Assembly (NCBI RefSeq): GCF_018977255.1
Contig: NW_024704743.1
Location: 46,502,001 to 46,566,000 of the forward strand
DNA: 64,000 nt
Direction: 5' to 3'
Source of the DNA: Callorhinchus milii
Lineage: Eukaryota
Positions 25,678 to 38,310 of the stretch are shown piece by piece (the first letter of the stretch is position 1; every line of letters starts with the position of its first letter). The notes under the pieces are model-generated. The model was not told where the DNA came from. It searched no databases and worked only from the letters and a program-made list of their open reading frames with translations. Made by a program: the position numbers and the translations under genes.

Positions 25678-26025
25678 ATGACAACAACTTGCATTTATAC
25701 AGCGCTTTTCATGCAGGGCAGCATCTCGAAACACTTAATAGTGGCGGAGGCTGATGCCGAGCCAGGGGGTGGGACTGTAAGCACAGTCAAAGAGGAAGGT
25801 CTTCAGTCTTGATCTAAAAGAGGGGAAGGAGCGGGCAAGATGGAGGGATTGAGGGGGAGGGTTTTAAAACTTTGGGTGTGGTGGCTGCAATTAAGCCCAG
25901 AGACAGCCAACCGGTGGCAGCGGATGTTGGAGTGGGGAGAAAGCAGGTCGGAAAGGTAGGGAGGTGTCAGGGCATGAAGTGATTTGTAGATGAGTGAGAG
26001 AATCTTGAAATCAATCCGTTGTGAA
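25678..26025 (-). mobile_element. Old L2 3' fragment
   Basis: acaacaacttgcatttatacagcgc tail followed by L2 3' sequence. Confidence 0.7.
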
Positions 26026-27145
26026 TTTACAGGCGGCGGAGTTTATTGGCTGGTTTGAGGCAAATTCTTCCTGAGAACCCACGTAAAGAGGGAGAACTGA
26101 CTTAAGCTGTTTCTAATGTAATCGGTCCGTATGTGTTCTTTAACAAGTGCTTCACCGAGATCTTTAGCATTCTGCTAAAATGGAAGGAACTTCGTCAGCT
26201 ATCAATTCCTATAGGTATAGTTGATGAATCGGTCTGTGGTTGATTTGCATTTCATCATGTCCTGCAACCACATACTGACTGTCACACAAGCAGACATCCC
26301 AGCAGAGGCCGGCAACACTTCTGCCTTCCAGTCAAGGTCGGAAACGTAGTAATCCTAGACATATCTGTCTGAAAGTGAAAAGTCTCTTGCAAAATACTTG
26401 GAGAAAATATCTGGAATAACATAAAGAGTTATGGAAATGCCTGTGGGTAAGAGAAACCCTAGTTCTTCAGAAGGTTTGAGGTCATATAATGGCAACCCTG
26501 TTACGCCAGACTATGAGTAATTATTTTCCAGTGTAATTTGGACAGGTTTGCTGAGGTTGCATGCGCAGTTCTCTTCAGTGAGCAGTGTTCAACAAAAATC
26601 CAAAGCAAAGAGGCTCACTGCCCACTACCTTCGATATGTCTCATTACAAACAGAGAAGTATCAGTGTGCAGCTGGATGACAGCCACACTGTGACATAATC
26701 GCTGCCTGAGGCAGATATTAATGAAGTTACCATTGTTTAATACTCTATAACACATGCAACTTAATTTACTGGCCCAAGGGAGAGGGGCCAGGAAATTGTG
26801 AAAAGGGTACTGGATAAGCACCTGGGAAGTAAACACTTAAACAGATACAGGGAAAGAGCTGCAAAGTGAGGTTTGAAACAAAATGGCTGTCCACTATTCT
26901 TAGCTATGTGTGTTTTTCTGATGTGCACTATGGAAAGACTAGTTTACACGTTAGCTATTATTCTGCAACAATACTAGCGAGGAATAACACCTAAAGAATT
27001 CTTTACCCAGGGGTAATTAATGACTGGATCACGTTGAAAAAGCATACTGATGTTATGAAGTGATTAAATTATTATTATGATAAATCCATAACTGTCCAGT
27101 GCCTTAGGATGCCCTCCCAATGTGAAAGGCTCTATATCTATATAT

Positions 27146-27537
27146 CAATTTCAGGATCCTCACCCTTACCTTCAAATCCCTGCACTCCTCTGCACCCCCC
27201 TACCTCTCTGACCTCCTCTGTCCTCAAAGCAGTGCCTGTTGCCTTCGTTCCTCCGGGTCTGGCCTCCTCCTTGTCCCCCGAGTCCTCCGCTCCACCCTCG
27301 GTGGCCGTGCCTTCAGCCACTATTCCCCGAGGCTCTGTAACTCCCTTCCTCACTCCCTTCACCTCTCCCCCTCTCTTCCTATTTTCAGGTCTCTGCTGAA
27401 GACCTTTCTTTTCAACCGCGCCTTTGGTCACCTTCCTCCCCCTCCCCCTGGCTCAGCCCTAGAATCTGTTACTGTGAAGCACTCTGAGATGCCGTCTGGT
27501 GTGGAGGGCGCTATATAAATCCAAGTTGTTGTTGTTG
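27146..27537 (+). mobile_element. Short L2 3' fragment, same subfamily as 20887-22409
   Basis: Near-identical to 22045-22409, including cccctggctcagccct and the (GTT)n tail. Confidence 0.9.
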
Positions 27538-29834
27538 TATACAAATGTAATTTATTGTTATTGTGATGAGAGGATACATGGTGGGTAGGATCTGGAAGGA
27601 TGAGATTAATGGGCCAGAGAGCATTCTTCATTCAAACTAATCTTGTGATACAGTGACTATAAGAAAAAGGAGTCACTTTCCTTAACAACGTATACCTATA
27701 GCAGCTTTCACATACAAAAACATCTCAAAGTGCTTCATAGAGAGAGAATGGGAGTTTGAGTCAGGGCACAGGGATAGGAAGGAAGTGGCCAAAAGCACAG
27801 TCAAGTTAAGAGGTTTTTAGAAGGATTTTGAATGCAGAGAATGTGGAAGCGAGGTGGAGTGATTTAGGAAGAGAGTTCCCGAGAGTAAAGTGGCTGGAAG
27901 TTTGCCCACTGATGGTGGGGCAGAGAAGGCAGGAGATGTGAAGCTGAGCCGAATTAACAGGACAGAGGGAGTGTGTGGGCAGGATCTATCTCTTTCCTTA
28001 CCTAAAGGGAAAAAAAGTTTTTGTACGCTTAATCCAACATGCAGTGTTTTCTGATTTTAAACGAGTAATATTGTACTTCATGTGAAGCAGACAATGATTA
28101 TTGCTGAAATATATCAAAGGTTATATATCATATAGTCTTTCATCCAATCTTTCATACTTGTCTATGAGTAGGAAGATAATGGTTTTAAGTTCACATTGGG
28201 ATCTTGAGGACATAGCCAAGCCGACACACCAATGCAAAGCTGGTTATATTAAGTTTAAAACTGAATATACTATTATTCTATATTAATATATAACATTATT
28301 AACATCACCCCTGTGATATTACTTCTCAATTCTCTAATAATATTACTTCCCCCTTTTGCAATATTTCCAACATCAACGTCTTTCAGAAAGAGCTCAGCAA
28401 GTTTTATATAAAAAAAATTATTGCACACTGTTTCAATGATTTTATTATTAGTTTACCATAACCTAATAAATTTGGAAATAAACCCATTGTTGGAACCAAT
28501 CGGTGCTGCATCACAAAAGGTCTACGTCACAGGCATTCATCCAGAGAAAGTTGACTCTCAGGAGATTTACTTAAATAAGCTCCAAATCTGTATCTTGCAT
28601 TAATTGCCTGGCTCAGTAGCACTCTTGTCTGTGAGTAGGAAGATAACGATTTTAAGCTCACATTGGGAGAGTTTTGTGCGGTATCCGAGCAGTGGAATTT
28701 TTAATTAATTGGATTTTGTGTATGGTGGAGCTGGGGAGACCAGTGAGGAGGGCATTGGAATAGTCCAGCCGGGAAGTGATGAAGGTGTGGATGAGAGTAT
28801 CGGCTGCGTTGGTTGATGTCAAGGCCTCCAGATAAAAATTTTCCAGATAAAAAATGGTCATTCATTTCCTGACTGTTTGTGGGACAATGTTTTCTGAAAA
28901 TTGACTACATTTGCCACAAATGTACAGTCACTACACTTTCCAAAAAGAAGCAGTGACATGGTTTGAGAGCTTTTGATGTGATGAGGCATGATATATTGAA
29001 TACATTGAATTATTATATATTACAAAGACACTGATTCTTATTTTTGGTTTCTAAGGTTAATTGTGTTTATCAATCCACTTTACATTATATCCTGTGAAAC
29101 TTCTCAATGACGTGTTATTGTTGCTGTTGTTGACGTGATAAGGCACTACATCAAATGCAAGGATTATACTTATTATTTAAATATCATAGTTAAAGTTTAT
29201 AAAGATAGCAATGTTAGAACCATATTTTCTAGTTATTAATTCATGCTTTTATTGGTAACTATTTCATTTCCTGCTAATATATACAGAATTCTCAGGAGTG
29301 TGAGGAAGTCTATATTCATTTTACTTTAAACATAGCATGTTGAAATGTTATGGTACAACATCCAGCCAGGCAGCAGAGAGAAAGTGTGCAAAATTGTGAT
29401 TCTTTTGGTGGTGAATCAGCATAAACCCACTATCTCAGCAGACTGGTGATTAGGTGCTATAATGCACTGACTCACTGTTCTAGATTGTAAAGATCTTGTT
29501 TCTATTATTTTGGTGGTAGTTCAAGTGAGTGTGGTACAGAAAAACCCTAACATAACACACTGTTTCAGGTCCATCACTTTATAACGGGGCACAGAGCCAA
29601 ATTGGCTGCTGCAATGTCACTTATTGTGGGTCATGCATGCAAGATGTGCAGCTGTTGCCATTTCCTGTGCATGTGTGACGGTTTCCCAAACTAAAACTTG
29701 GCTGACATTGGGTCATGAGGTCGTCAGCAATGTCATCCTCTGCTCTTGTGCACATGCACTATGCACAAGCACTTCCTGCACATATCATGCATGATATCAT
29801 GTATGTACAGCATGATACAGCAGGACTCTACACT

Positions 29835-30149
29835 GAGTCCTGTAGCTCAGTGGTTAGAGCACTCGCTTTGCAAGCGGGAGACCTGAGTTCAATTCCAGGC
29901 AGGGTGAAACCTTGGGCAAGTTTCCTTACTCCACACGCCTAATAATAATCCCTCCAAAACCAAAACAATAATAAATTGGTCATTTTCAATCTACGACTGT
30001 TTGTGGGACATTGCTGTGCGCAATTGGCTGCCGCGTTCGCCCACAAATATACAGTCAATTCACTTTACAGTGTGTTCTGTGAAGCGCTTTGGGACGTCCT
30101 CCCGACGTGAAAAGCGCTATATCAAATGCAAGGATTATTATTATTATTA
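29835..30149 (+). mobile_element. tRNA-Ala SINE, short subtype
   Basis: Nearly identical to 45362-45679. Confidence 0.93.
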
Positions 30150-33100
30150 CAGCACCCAGGAAATGATGTTGACATAGATTGATGACCTGAGTACCAGCCA
30201 ACCACAGGTCCACAGACACCCACAGAGTTCTATGGTATTGGATGGTTCCAAGCTCAATGGCTGATCTTTGTTGAGTTACGAGATAACACTCGAACCATTA
30301 ATGTTACTCTTACAATTGGTTTCATTCCCCCTGGAGAAGGCTCCTTAAAACACTTCTCAAAAAGAGATTGTTGTCCTGGCCAACAATTTCTGAATAACGT
30401 TGGGTATTCACTTCATGCCTGTTTTGGGTCATTGCTGTGTGAAAAATTGGCTGCCGTGTTCACCCACAAAATGCACAGTCGCTACACTTTACAGTACAAT
30501 CCTGTGAAGCTCTTTGAGACATCCTCACAATATTAAAAGCCCTGTAGCAAATGTAAGGGTTATTATTTATTGATAGGGTTGATTGTAGATAGCCTGTGGA
30601 GTAGCCTGTTAGTCTGGATATATTTTTCTCATTCAATGTCTCCTTATCTGAAAGGGAAAATTGACATTATCAGTTTGCTTGGCTGCCTTCACCTTTATCA
30701 CTGGTGAACGGTGCCTCATATAGAGGGATTTCAGTAATCGTGGAAAGTACCCGACAGAATGAAATGAAATGTAAAAATGATACACTAGACAGCAAGTTGA
30801 AGCAAAGGGGTTACTATTAGAATTGAGTGAACACTATTCTGTTTATTTCCTATAATTCATGGCTCCTAAATTAATCACACCCCTCTGCTATCTTGCTTCT
30901 GGATTCATATTGAGTTTTATACTAAGACATTGTAGTTGGAACTTTTTTTCAGTTGCCTGGGTATCTGATACATGTGGAAATGCTTATGAAGAACCAAATC
31001 AGACTGAATTACACATATGTATGGCACCTATACATGGGCATTTCCCAATGTCTGGAATGGAATGCGCAGGGATGAGGTGAAGGTTTACATCTGTCATTGC
31101 AGCAGGATAAACTGGCATCTGGCCAACAGCAGAAGGTGGCCAGCTTCCAAGACCTTGTGCAAAAGAACTTAGAAAACCTCCTTAATGTTGGAAAAATGAA
31201 CAAGGTTCCAGTAATCTTTGAAGCACTATAAACTAAAACCATTATATCAGCAAAAGGAACAGACTAGGTCAGTGGTATCAGTGCAATTTCTCTGTGAGGT
31301 TGACGTGGGTGATGGACAGTAATGATTTGAAGACAATCATTATTTTTAAATAGAAGATTGGAAATTTCCCTTCAGCTTTGTTAAGTGTGATGCACAGGAC
31401 AGGATAAATATAGATCTGCTGGTGGAGTAAGTTCAAGGAGGCCTGTCATCTGCACACAGGAGGGTTATTAAAACCCACAGCTCTCTTGGCAATGGAAAGC
31501 CACAAAATAGATAGTGTTAAAACTATCTCCAGCTTCTAGATAGGACAGGCCATTCAGAGTTAGTATTAAGAAGCTGGAAGATGTCTGAAGGTCTTAATTG
31601 CAGATGGTAGAATGAGGAAGGCAGGAATAATAATAATAATCTTTGCATTTTATATAGCGCCTTATCACGAGACGTCTTAAGGCTCTTCAAAGGATATACT
31701 GTGAAATATAGTGACTGTGTGGTTTGTGGGTGAATGCAATTGGTTAGTGCTTACAAATCTGAACCTTAATCTGTCTGTGTAAAAGATTCAGAAAGGCTGG
31801 AATCAGAGAATTCACCAGATACTTCTCAGAGTCTCTGTCCTGGGTGGAAGCTTCCACTTCCCAGAGGAATATTTCTCCGGGGACATTATATATTGGGTTC
31901 CATTTGCAGTAATGCCTAATGGGACTCTTTAGTAAGAAGAAGAATCCCTTTAGAATTTCTGTTGACACCAGTAACTCCAGTCTGCAGTCACATTGTATCT
32001 GAACAGAGTTTCCTTTCCGTTGGTTGCCATGACATAAATCTGATTAACGTTCACCTACAAAATACACAGTCACTATACTTTACAATCTTGTGAAGCGCTT
32101 AGAACATGAAGCATGCTATATGTACCGCAAGGATTATTGTTATAACCTCAGGATTTGATATTTTTAATCCTTAGTTTGAGACAAGCATGTTTTTAAACCT
32201 AGTGCGAAACAGTTACAATGACAGTCAGCATTCACAATGCGATAATTATAACCAGTAATAATTAACACATCACAGTGGCAATTTTCACCATTATTTTTCT
32301 TTTTTTTTGTATCCTCCAGACCTGCTCCCAATGTAATTAACTCCCAAGCTCTTTGCAAAGCCCCACAGTGAGGGAATGAAGGCGCATGTACTCCGAAACA
32401 TATTAAATTAAACTACCAGTGAATATCTTATTCAAAAGAGATTGGGGGTTTTGAAACCTTACCTATTAGTGCCAATTTACTGGGGTTTTTTTGCATTATA
32501 AATGGCTTGGGCTGTAGCTAGAACTGGATGGAGGGGTCTGAACACAGTGCTAAATGATCATTGAAAACAGGTTTGTTCATTAGATGCCAGGTTTTAGTTT
32601 ATATCTGATTTCTCCCTGACATTCAGTTGCAGCAACTGCTTTCAGACATGGGACAGAAGCTTTCTGGAGAATTTCTTCCTGACCCCACAAGTTAACTAAG
32701 TAGAGTTCCCGAATATGCATCTATCCTTACACCTCCATTACTCTGGACATTATTTTCCACAGATGACATTTCCAGAGTCCCAGGAGCGAGGGCAAGGCCA
32801 TTTGTTGTGTTCCATAGACAATATGATAATTTGTTTGCACAATCTTTTTCTGTTTATATTCCTAAACCAAATTAGCCATCTAATTTAATCTATTAATTTA
32901 CAATAGGAAAATAACAATAATCCTTACATTTCATATAGCGCCTTTCACATTGGGACGACGTCTCAAAATACTTCACAGGATATAGAGTAGTGTAAAGTGT
33001 AGTGGCTGTGAATTTTGTAGGCAAATGAAGCAGCCAATTTTCAGACAGCATCATACAAGCAGTCAATATTTATTTATTGGCTGGCCACATTGACCACATT

Positions 33101-33914
33101 TATTAACAATGTCCCCAGTGATAATTAACACATATTAGCAGCAATTTCCACCACTACTTTCTTCTTTTATATCCTATAGTTCTGCTCTCCACATAGTTAG
33201 CTCCCAGGTTCTTCGCAAGCTCCACTGTCCCAATGAAGACTGGCACCGCAAGTGTTCAATCACTTATTTGTTACTGATCTGTTCTGGTGGATTGCTAAAC
33301 ACTAAATCTAATAGAACATCTATCCAGTGCTCTACTTCTCACCTGTGTCAAGATTGCCTCTTTGCAACGACTTGTACTTATAACCTTTCCTTTCATGTTT
33401 CTCTGCTGTGTCCACTTTACCCCTACAACATTGATTTGCACATTACCATTCTATGATACTTTTCTTACTAGCTCGAGCAGCTCTTCATCTACCTGTTCAC
33501 CTTGAGCTGCTGATCAATTGTAGGTGCCAGATGCTATTCTGTTGCTCTCATCGTGACTAACCTGTTCAGATTGCTTGTGCTGTCTCCCTTTCTGCTGTTA
33601 TTTGTCCCTTTCAGTAGCTGTTGTTAGCCGTATTAACTATAATGGCACTTGGCCACCAGTCTTTATAGGTTTACCTTCACAAACTATTCCATAGCTCCTT
33701 AGCTCTATTTCATGTCCTACTTCAGTGCAACTGTGGAATGAAAATTATCATGTTTTTCAACACGTTGTGTCATTGAATCTGTTAAGAAACATCAGAATTT
33801 TCAGTCGAGTATCTTTATGTGAGAACACTCCCACTTATGTTTGGCACAATGGTTAACACATCATATCTAATATTGGAAATTGCATGTTTTACCTTAATGT
33901 TTCTGTGATGCCAA

Positions 33915-34228
33915 TGTTATAATAATCCTTTGATATTTTGACAGAATGTCATAGAAAAGTCTCAAAACACTTCATATCACTTCCTAGGGATTTCACTTTA
34001 AAGTGACTATGCTTTTGTGGTAAATGTGGCAATCAGTTTGCGCACGGCAATGTCCCACAAACAGCTATGAAGTGAATGACCAAATTTATCTGAGGGATTG
34101 TTTGACAGGAAACCAGAAGAAGCTTCCTTCTCTTTTTGAATATGCCATAGGATCTTTAACGTCTATCTGAACAGGCAGATTTCTGTTGTCATCTCTGACA
34201 TTGCAGCATTCCCCGCACTGCACAAAAT
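33915..34228 (-). mobile_element. Deu-type SINE 3' part; its head lies at ~37063-37160
   Basis: tgccataggatctttaacgtctatctgaacaggcag; head part gagagtgctatcaattgagtca. Confidence 0.72.
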
Positions 34229-37057
34229 TGGAGTTCTGTAGCTTAGTGGTTAGAGAACTCACCTCGAAAAACAAGAGGACCTGGGATTGATTCCCAGGCA
34301 GGGCAAAATCTTAAGCAAGTTTCCTTACAACAACAACAACACAACAAAATTACATTTATAGAGCGCCTTTCACATCAGGACTTGATGTCGGACAGGCCTT
34401 CAGTCAGGACACCAGTAGTCCTGGAGTTGAGGGTGGAGACAGAGAGATAGAGTTGGGTGTCATCCGCATACATGTGGAAATTTACCCCCTATCTGCGGAT
34501 GATATCACCAAGGGGGAGGATGGAGGGTGAAGAGGAGGGGACAGAGCGCTGAGGAATGCCTCACAAGATGGTGCAGGGGCTGGAGGAGAAGCCGTTTGCA
34601 GAGACGAAGTGGAGGCAGTGTAAAAGGTAGGACCTGAACCAGTCAAGGACAGAACCTTCAAGGTGGAGGTGGGAGGAGAGGCGGTGGAGGAGTATTGAGT
34701 GGTCCACAGTATCAAAGGCGGTGGAGAGGTCGAGGAGACGAGGAGGCAGAGGGAGCCATGGTCACACATGGTCAGGATGTTATTTGTGACCTTGACCAGA
34801 GCAGTTTCCTTGATGTGGGCAGCACTGAAACTCAATTGGAGGGGTCCATGGAGGGAGTGGGAGGAGAGGAAAAAGCAAAGCTGGAAGACGACGGCTCTCT
34901 CAAGGACCTTAGACAGAAAAGGGAGGTGGGAGATGGGTCGGTAACTGGATAGCTTTGATGGGTCAAGGGAAGGTTTCTTCAAGGTGGGGGTGATAGTGGC
35001 TGTTTTGAGGGGGGTAGGAACAGTGCCAGATGACAGGGAGAGGTTGATGATGTCGGCGAGTAGTGGGCAAGGAGGTGGAGCTGGGATTTAAGGAGAAGGG
35101 TGGGGATGGGGTCCAGGGAGCTGGTGGTGAGCTTCATGGAGGATATGGTGGTGATGTCAGAGGAGGGGGTGACAGGTTCAAAAGTGTGGAAGGAGGGATG
35201 AGTGGTGGTCAGAATATGGGGAGGGGTTTAGGTTGGGAGGGCAGTGGTAGCTGAGCGGATTCCCTCAATTTTGGACTCAAGGGAGACCAGCATTTCCTCG
35301 CAGTGGGAGTCGGTGGAAAGAATCTGTGAGGCGTAGCGGTGAGGGTGGAGGAGCCGGTTGGTGGTGGAGAACAGGAGCCTGGAGTTGCTGTTCGCCTCCA
35401 GGATTAACCTGGAATAGAAGGACAATTTTGCCAAGGCGAGAGCGGAGTGGTAGGTTTTGATGAGGTCCAGCCAGATGTGGCGGTGGACCATTAGGCCGGA
35501 TTTGAGCCGTGGGTTCGACAGTCCGCACCTGGCTCTTGAGCAAGAGGAGGTGGCTGGTGAACCAGGGTGAGGATCGGGAATAGGAGGCAGTTCGAGAGGT
35601 GAGGGGGTCAAAGGCATCAAGTGTGGTGGAGAGGGTGCTGTGGAGGAGAGTAAATGCAGAAGGTGGGTTGGTGCGGGAGGTGGGCCAGAGGGGAAGGAGT
35701 TCAGAGGACTCCAGGGCGGCGGAGAGGGATTGTGGGGAGATCTTTTTCCATGGGCGGTAGAAGATGGTGGTAGGTTTGGAGGCAGTGGGGAGAGGGTTAT
35801 AGGAGTTGAGGGAGATGAAATGGTGGTCAGAGATGGCCTTGTCAGTGATGGTGACATCCAAGGCGCTGAGGCCCCGGGTGATCACTAGGTCGAGCGGGTG
35901 GCCGTGAACGTGATAGCAGAGTGGATGTGGAGGGAGAGGTTGAGAGAGGAGAGGAGAGAGAAGTCTGAGGAGGTGGAGCAAGAGGGGATGAAGTGGGGGT
36001 TAAGTTGCTTAGGGTGATGAGGCGGTTGGAGCAGAGGCAGAGGGAAGCTAGAAGGGTGGAGATGTCAGAGATGAAGGTGGGGAAGATTTTTGGGGGTTGG
36101 TTAATTAGGTGAATTTTTAGTGAGAGATGGTAGGGATGGCAGAGGGTAAGATGTTCAAAAGAGGGGAATGAGCCAGTGAAGTAGGGGAATAGGACAAATG
36201 ACGCCCTGGAGATAAGTGCCACACCACCGCCACAGCAGTTGGGGCATGGTAGTAGGTATAGCCATGTGGTGTGGCCTCAATGAGGGGAAAGGTGTCACCT
36301 GGGGTGATCCAGATTTCCGTGAGGGCCATAATATCAACGTTCTCATCGAGGATGAGATCTTTGACGGCTAGGGTCTTATTGCAGATGGAGTGGACGTTTT
36401 GAAGGCCATTGAGGATTGGACAATTGACAGGGGGATGTATGGGATGGGAGGGGTTAGTGAATTGGTTGGCAGGGAGGGTGGGGATGCAGATGAAGGGAGG
36501 AGAGGTTAGCCCCCGGGGTCTGGATCCGGGGTGGCTTGTGGCAGTAGTGGTGAATGGGGCAGTCGGTGTGGCTGCTGCTGGACAGCCAACGCTGAGTGCC
36601 ACGATGTCCTATTCCCCGATGTCCATCATATCATTTATACCTGTAGATGAGCCCAGGGGAGGATTCCCAGCCTGAAGCAGAGGGAGGCAGTGGGGAGGTC
36701 AAGCAGAGATAGGAGGTGGGGAGGGTGGAGAGAAAGCAGGACAGAGCGGGAGAGTTACAGGGAAAGGGGCATTTTGAGAGAGGGAGGGCCAGAAGCCTCT
36801 GTTTATCTAGCAGTAAGTAGGAACCTGGTTGTTAGTCGATTGCCAGATTGTTATAATCCCTTTTTAAAAAAATATTAATAATAACTTGGTCACTCAATCC
36901 ACGACTGTGGGACACTGCTGTGAGTAATTGGCTGCTGCATTTCAGCCACGAAATATACAGTCAGTTCACTTTATAGTATATTCTGTGAAGCGCTTTTAGG
37001 CATCTAGAAGATGTAATAAGGTGCTTTATCAAATGGAAGGATTATTATATTATTATA
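34229..37057 (+). mobile_element. Long-subtype SINE split into 34229-34328 and 36795-37057 by the L2 insertion
   Basis: Head ends gcaagtttccttac at 34328 and the body resumes gcctctgtttatctagcagtaag at 36795. Confidence 0.85.
34329..36794 (-). mobile_element. L2-clade LINE retaining the APE endonuclease and first part of RT, with an internal 3' deletion
   Basis: Minus strand encodes LQNVHSICNK...DIMALTEIW (EN start), GHPLDLVITRG...ISDH (EN end), YRPISHLPFLSKVLE and YADDTQLY; (GTT)n tail at 34329-34380. Confidence 0.92.
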
Positions 37058-37989
37058 ATATTGCAAGATTTTCAGTGTTGACTAGCTCAAAGTCTTGTTG
37101 TTGGGGCCTAAACCCACAACCTTCTCACACAGAGTTGAGAGTGCTATCAATTGAGTCATAATGCTATTGACCACATGTATATTCCCAATGGGACGTCCTC
37201 CCGACGTGAAAAGCGCTATATCAAATGCAAGGATTATTATTATTATTATTATAATGTTCGTTGTCCTTCAACACTACCTTTCCCTATTTGATTATTTTGT
37301 TATATTTGTGTCTATTTTACTTTGTCAGGACTGATACATTATCTTCTCATACCCTCTTGATCAACTGCAAACCTTCGTTCATTTATATTCATTCAGCAGT
37401 CATTTGTCTTCCAGCAGAATTTAGCTTTAAATTAATCTCAATTGCTGTCTTTTATTTTACTGCCAAACCTTAGTTGTCCGTCTGCTTATGTGCAGCCATG
37501 CTTGCTGTATAAGTTATTTCTACCTGAATAAGCTCCCAGTTATCTGAAAATTTGATTCCCTCAAACTCAATAAAGCCAATAATCCTCAAATCTTTTAGTG
37601 TCTCTAGTCTAGACAGTTGTGGCAGAACCCCTATACCAACCGATTTGCACCCCTCATTTTAAAGGTATACACTTTGCCTTTATACACACCTTTTAGTTCT
37701 TCATACTTTGTCCATCACATCATTTATACCTGTATATCATATCAACAGCAATTCATGCTACTCTTCTATCAGTCCTTGTCCGCTGTGCAACTAAAAGACC
37801 TGTTTATAGCAGTGAAATCACTTCCCTAGAGCGTGTAAGATAGGAGCAGTAAAACAGTGAAAGTTCATAACTCCTCTGGATGTTACACAAGCCTTTGGTT
37901 TTGGAAATGATGATGTTCAAATACTAGGACTGCAGGAAGACCATCCTTTGAGAGTGATTATTAAATATGTTTAATAATCCAGGCTCTGC

Positions 37990-38310
37990 AAGCCTATCAT
38001 CCTTCCCTCACTCGGCTCCATGGGCTCCCCATCCCCAGTGCATCAAGTTCAAGATCTTCATTCCCACCTTTAAATTCTTCCATAGTCTCACCCTACCATA
38101 CCTCTAGAACCTCCTCAAACCCTACCGACCTGTCTGTTCTCTTCCCTCACCTTGTTCAAGTCTATCTCAAGACTTATCTTTTTGACCGAACTTTGGGTCA
38201 TCTTTCACTTCCCAACCTCCTTGGCTCTCTTCCCCTAGCTCGAGTGGTCAGCCAGTACTATTAAGCGCTTTGGGACATCCTCCCAACGTGAAATGCTCTG
38301 TATAAGTGTA
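37990..38310 (+). mobile_element. Old L2 3' fragment
   Basis: ctccatgggctccccatccccagtgcatcaagttcaagatc...aagcgctttgggacatcctcccaacgtg. Confidence 0.7.

Noticed and set aside
29630..29830. Imperfect inverted repeats and the palindrome atatcatgcatgatat as a MITE
   Set aside because: Could not define terminal inverted repeats or a TSD; low-complexity (ATGC-rich) sequence can explain it
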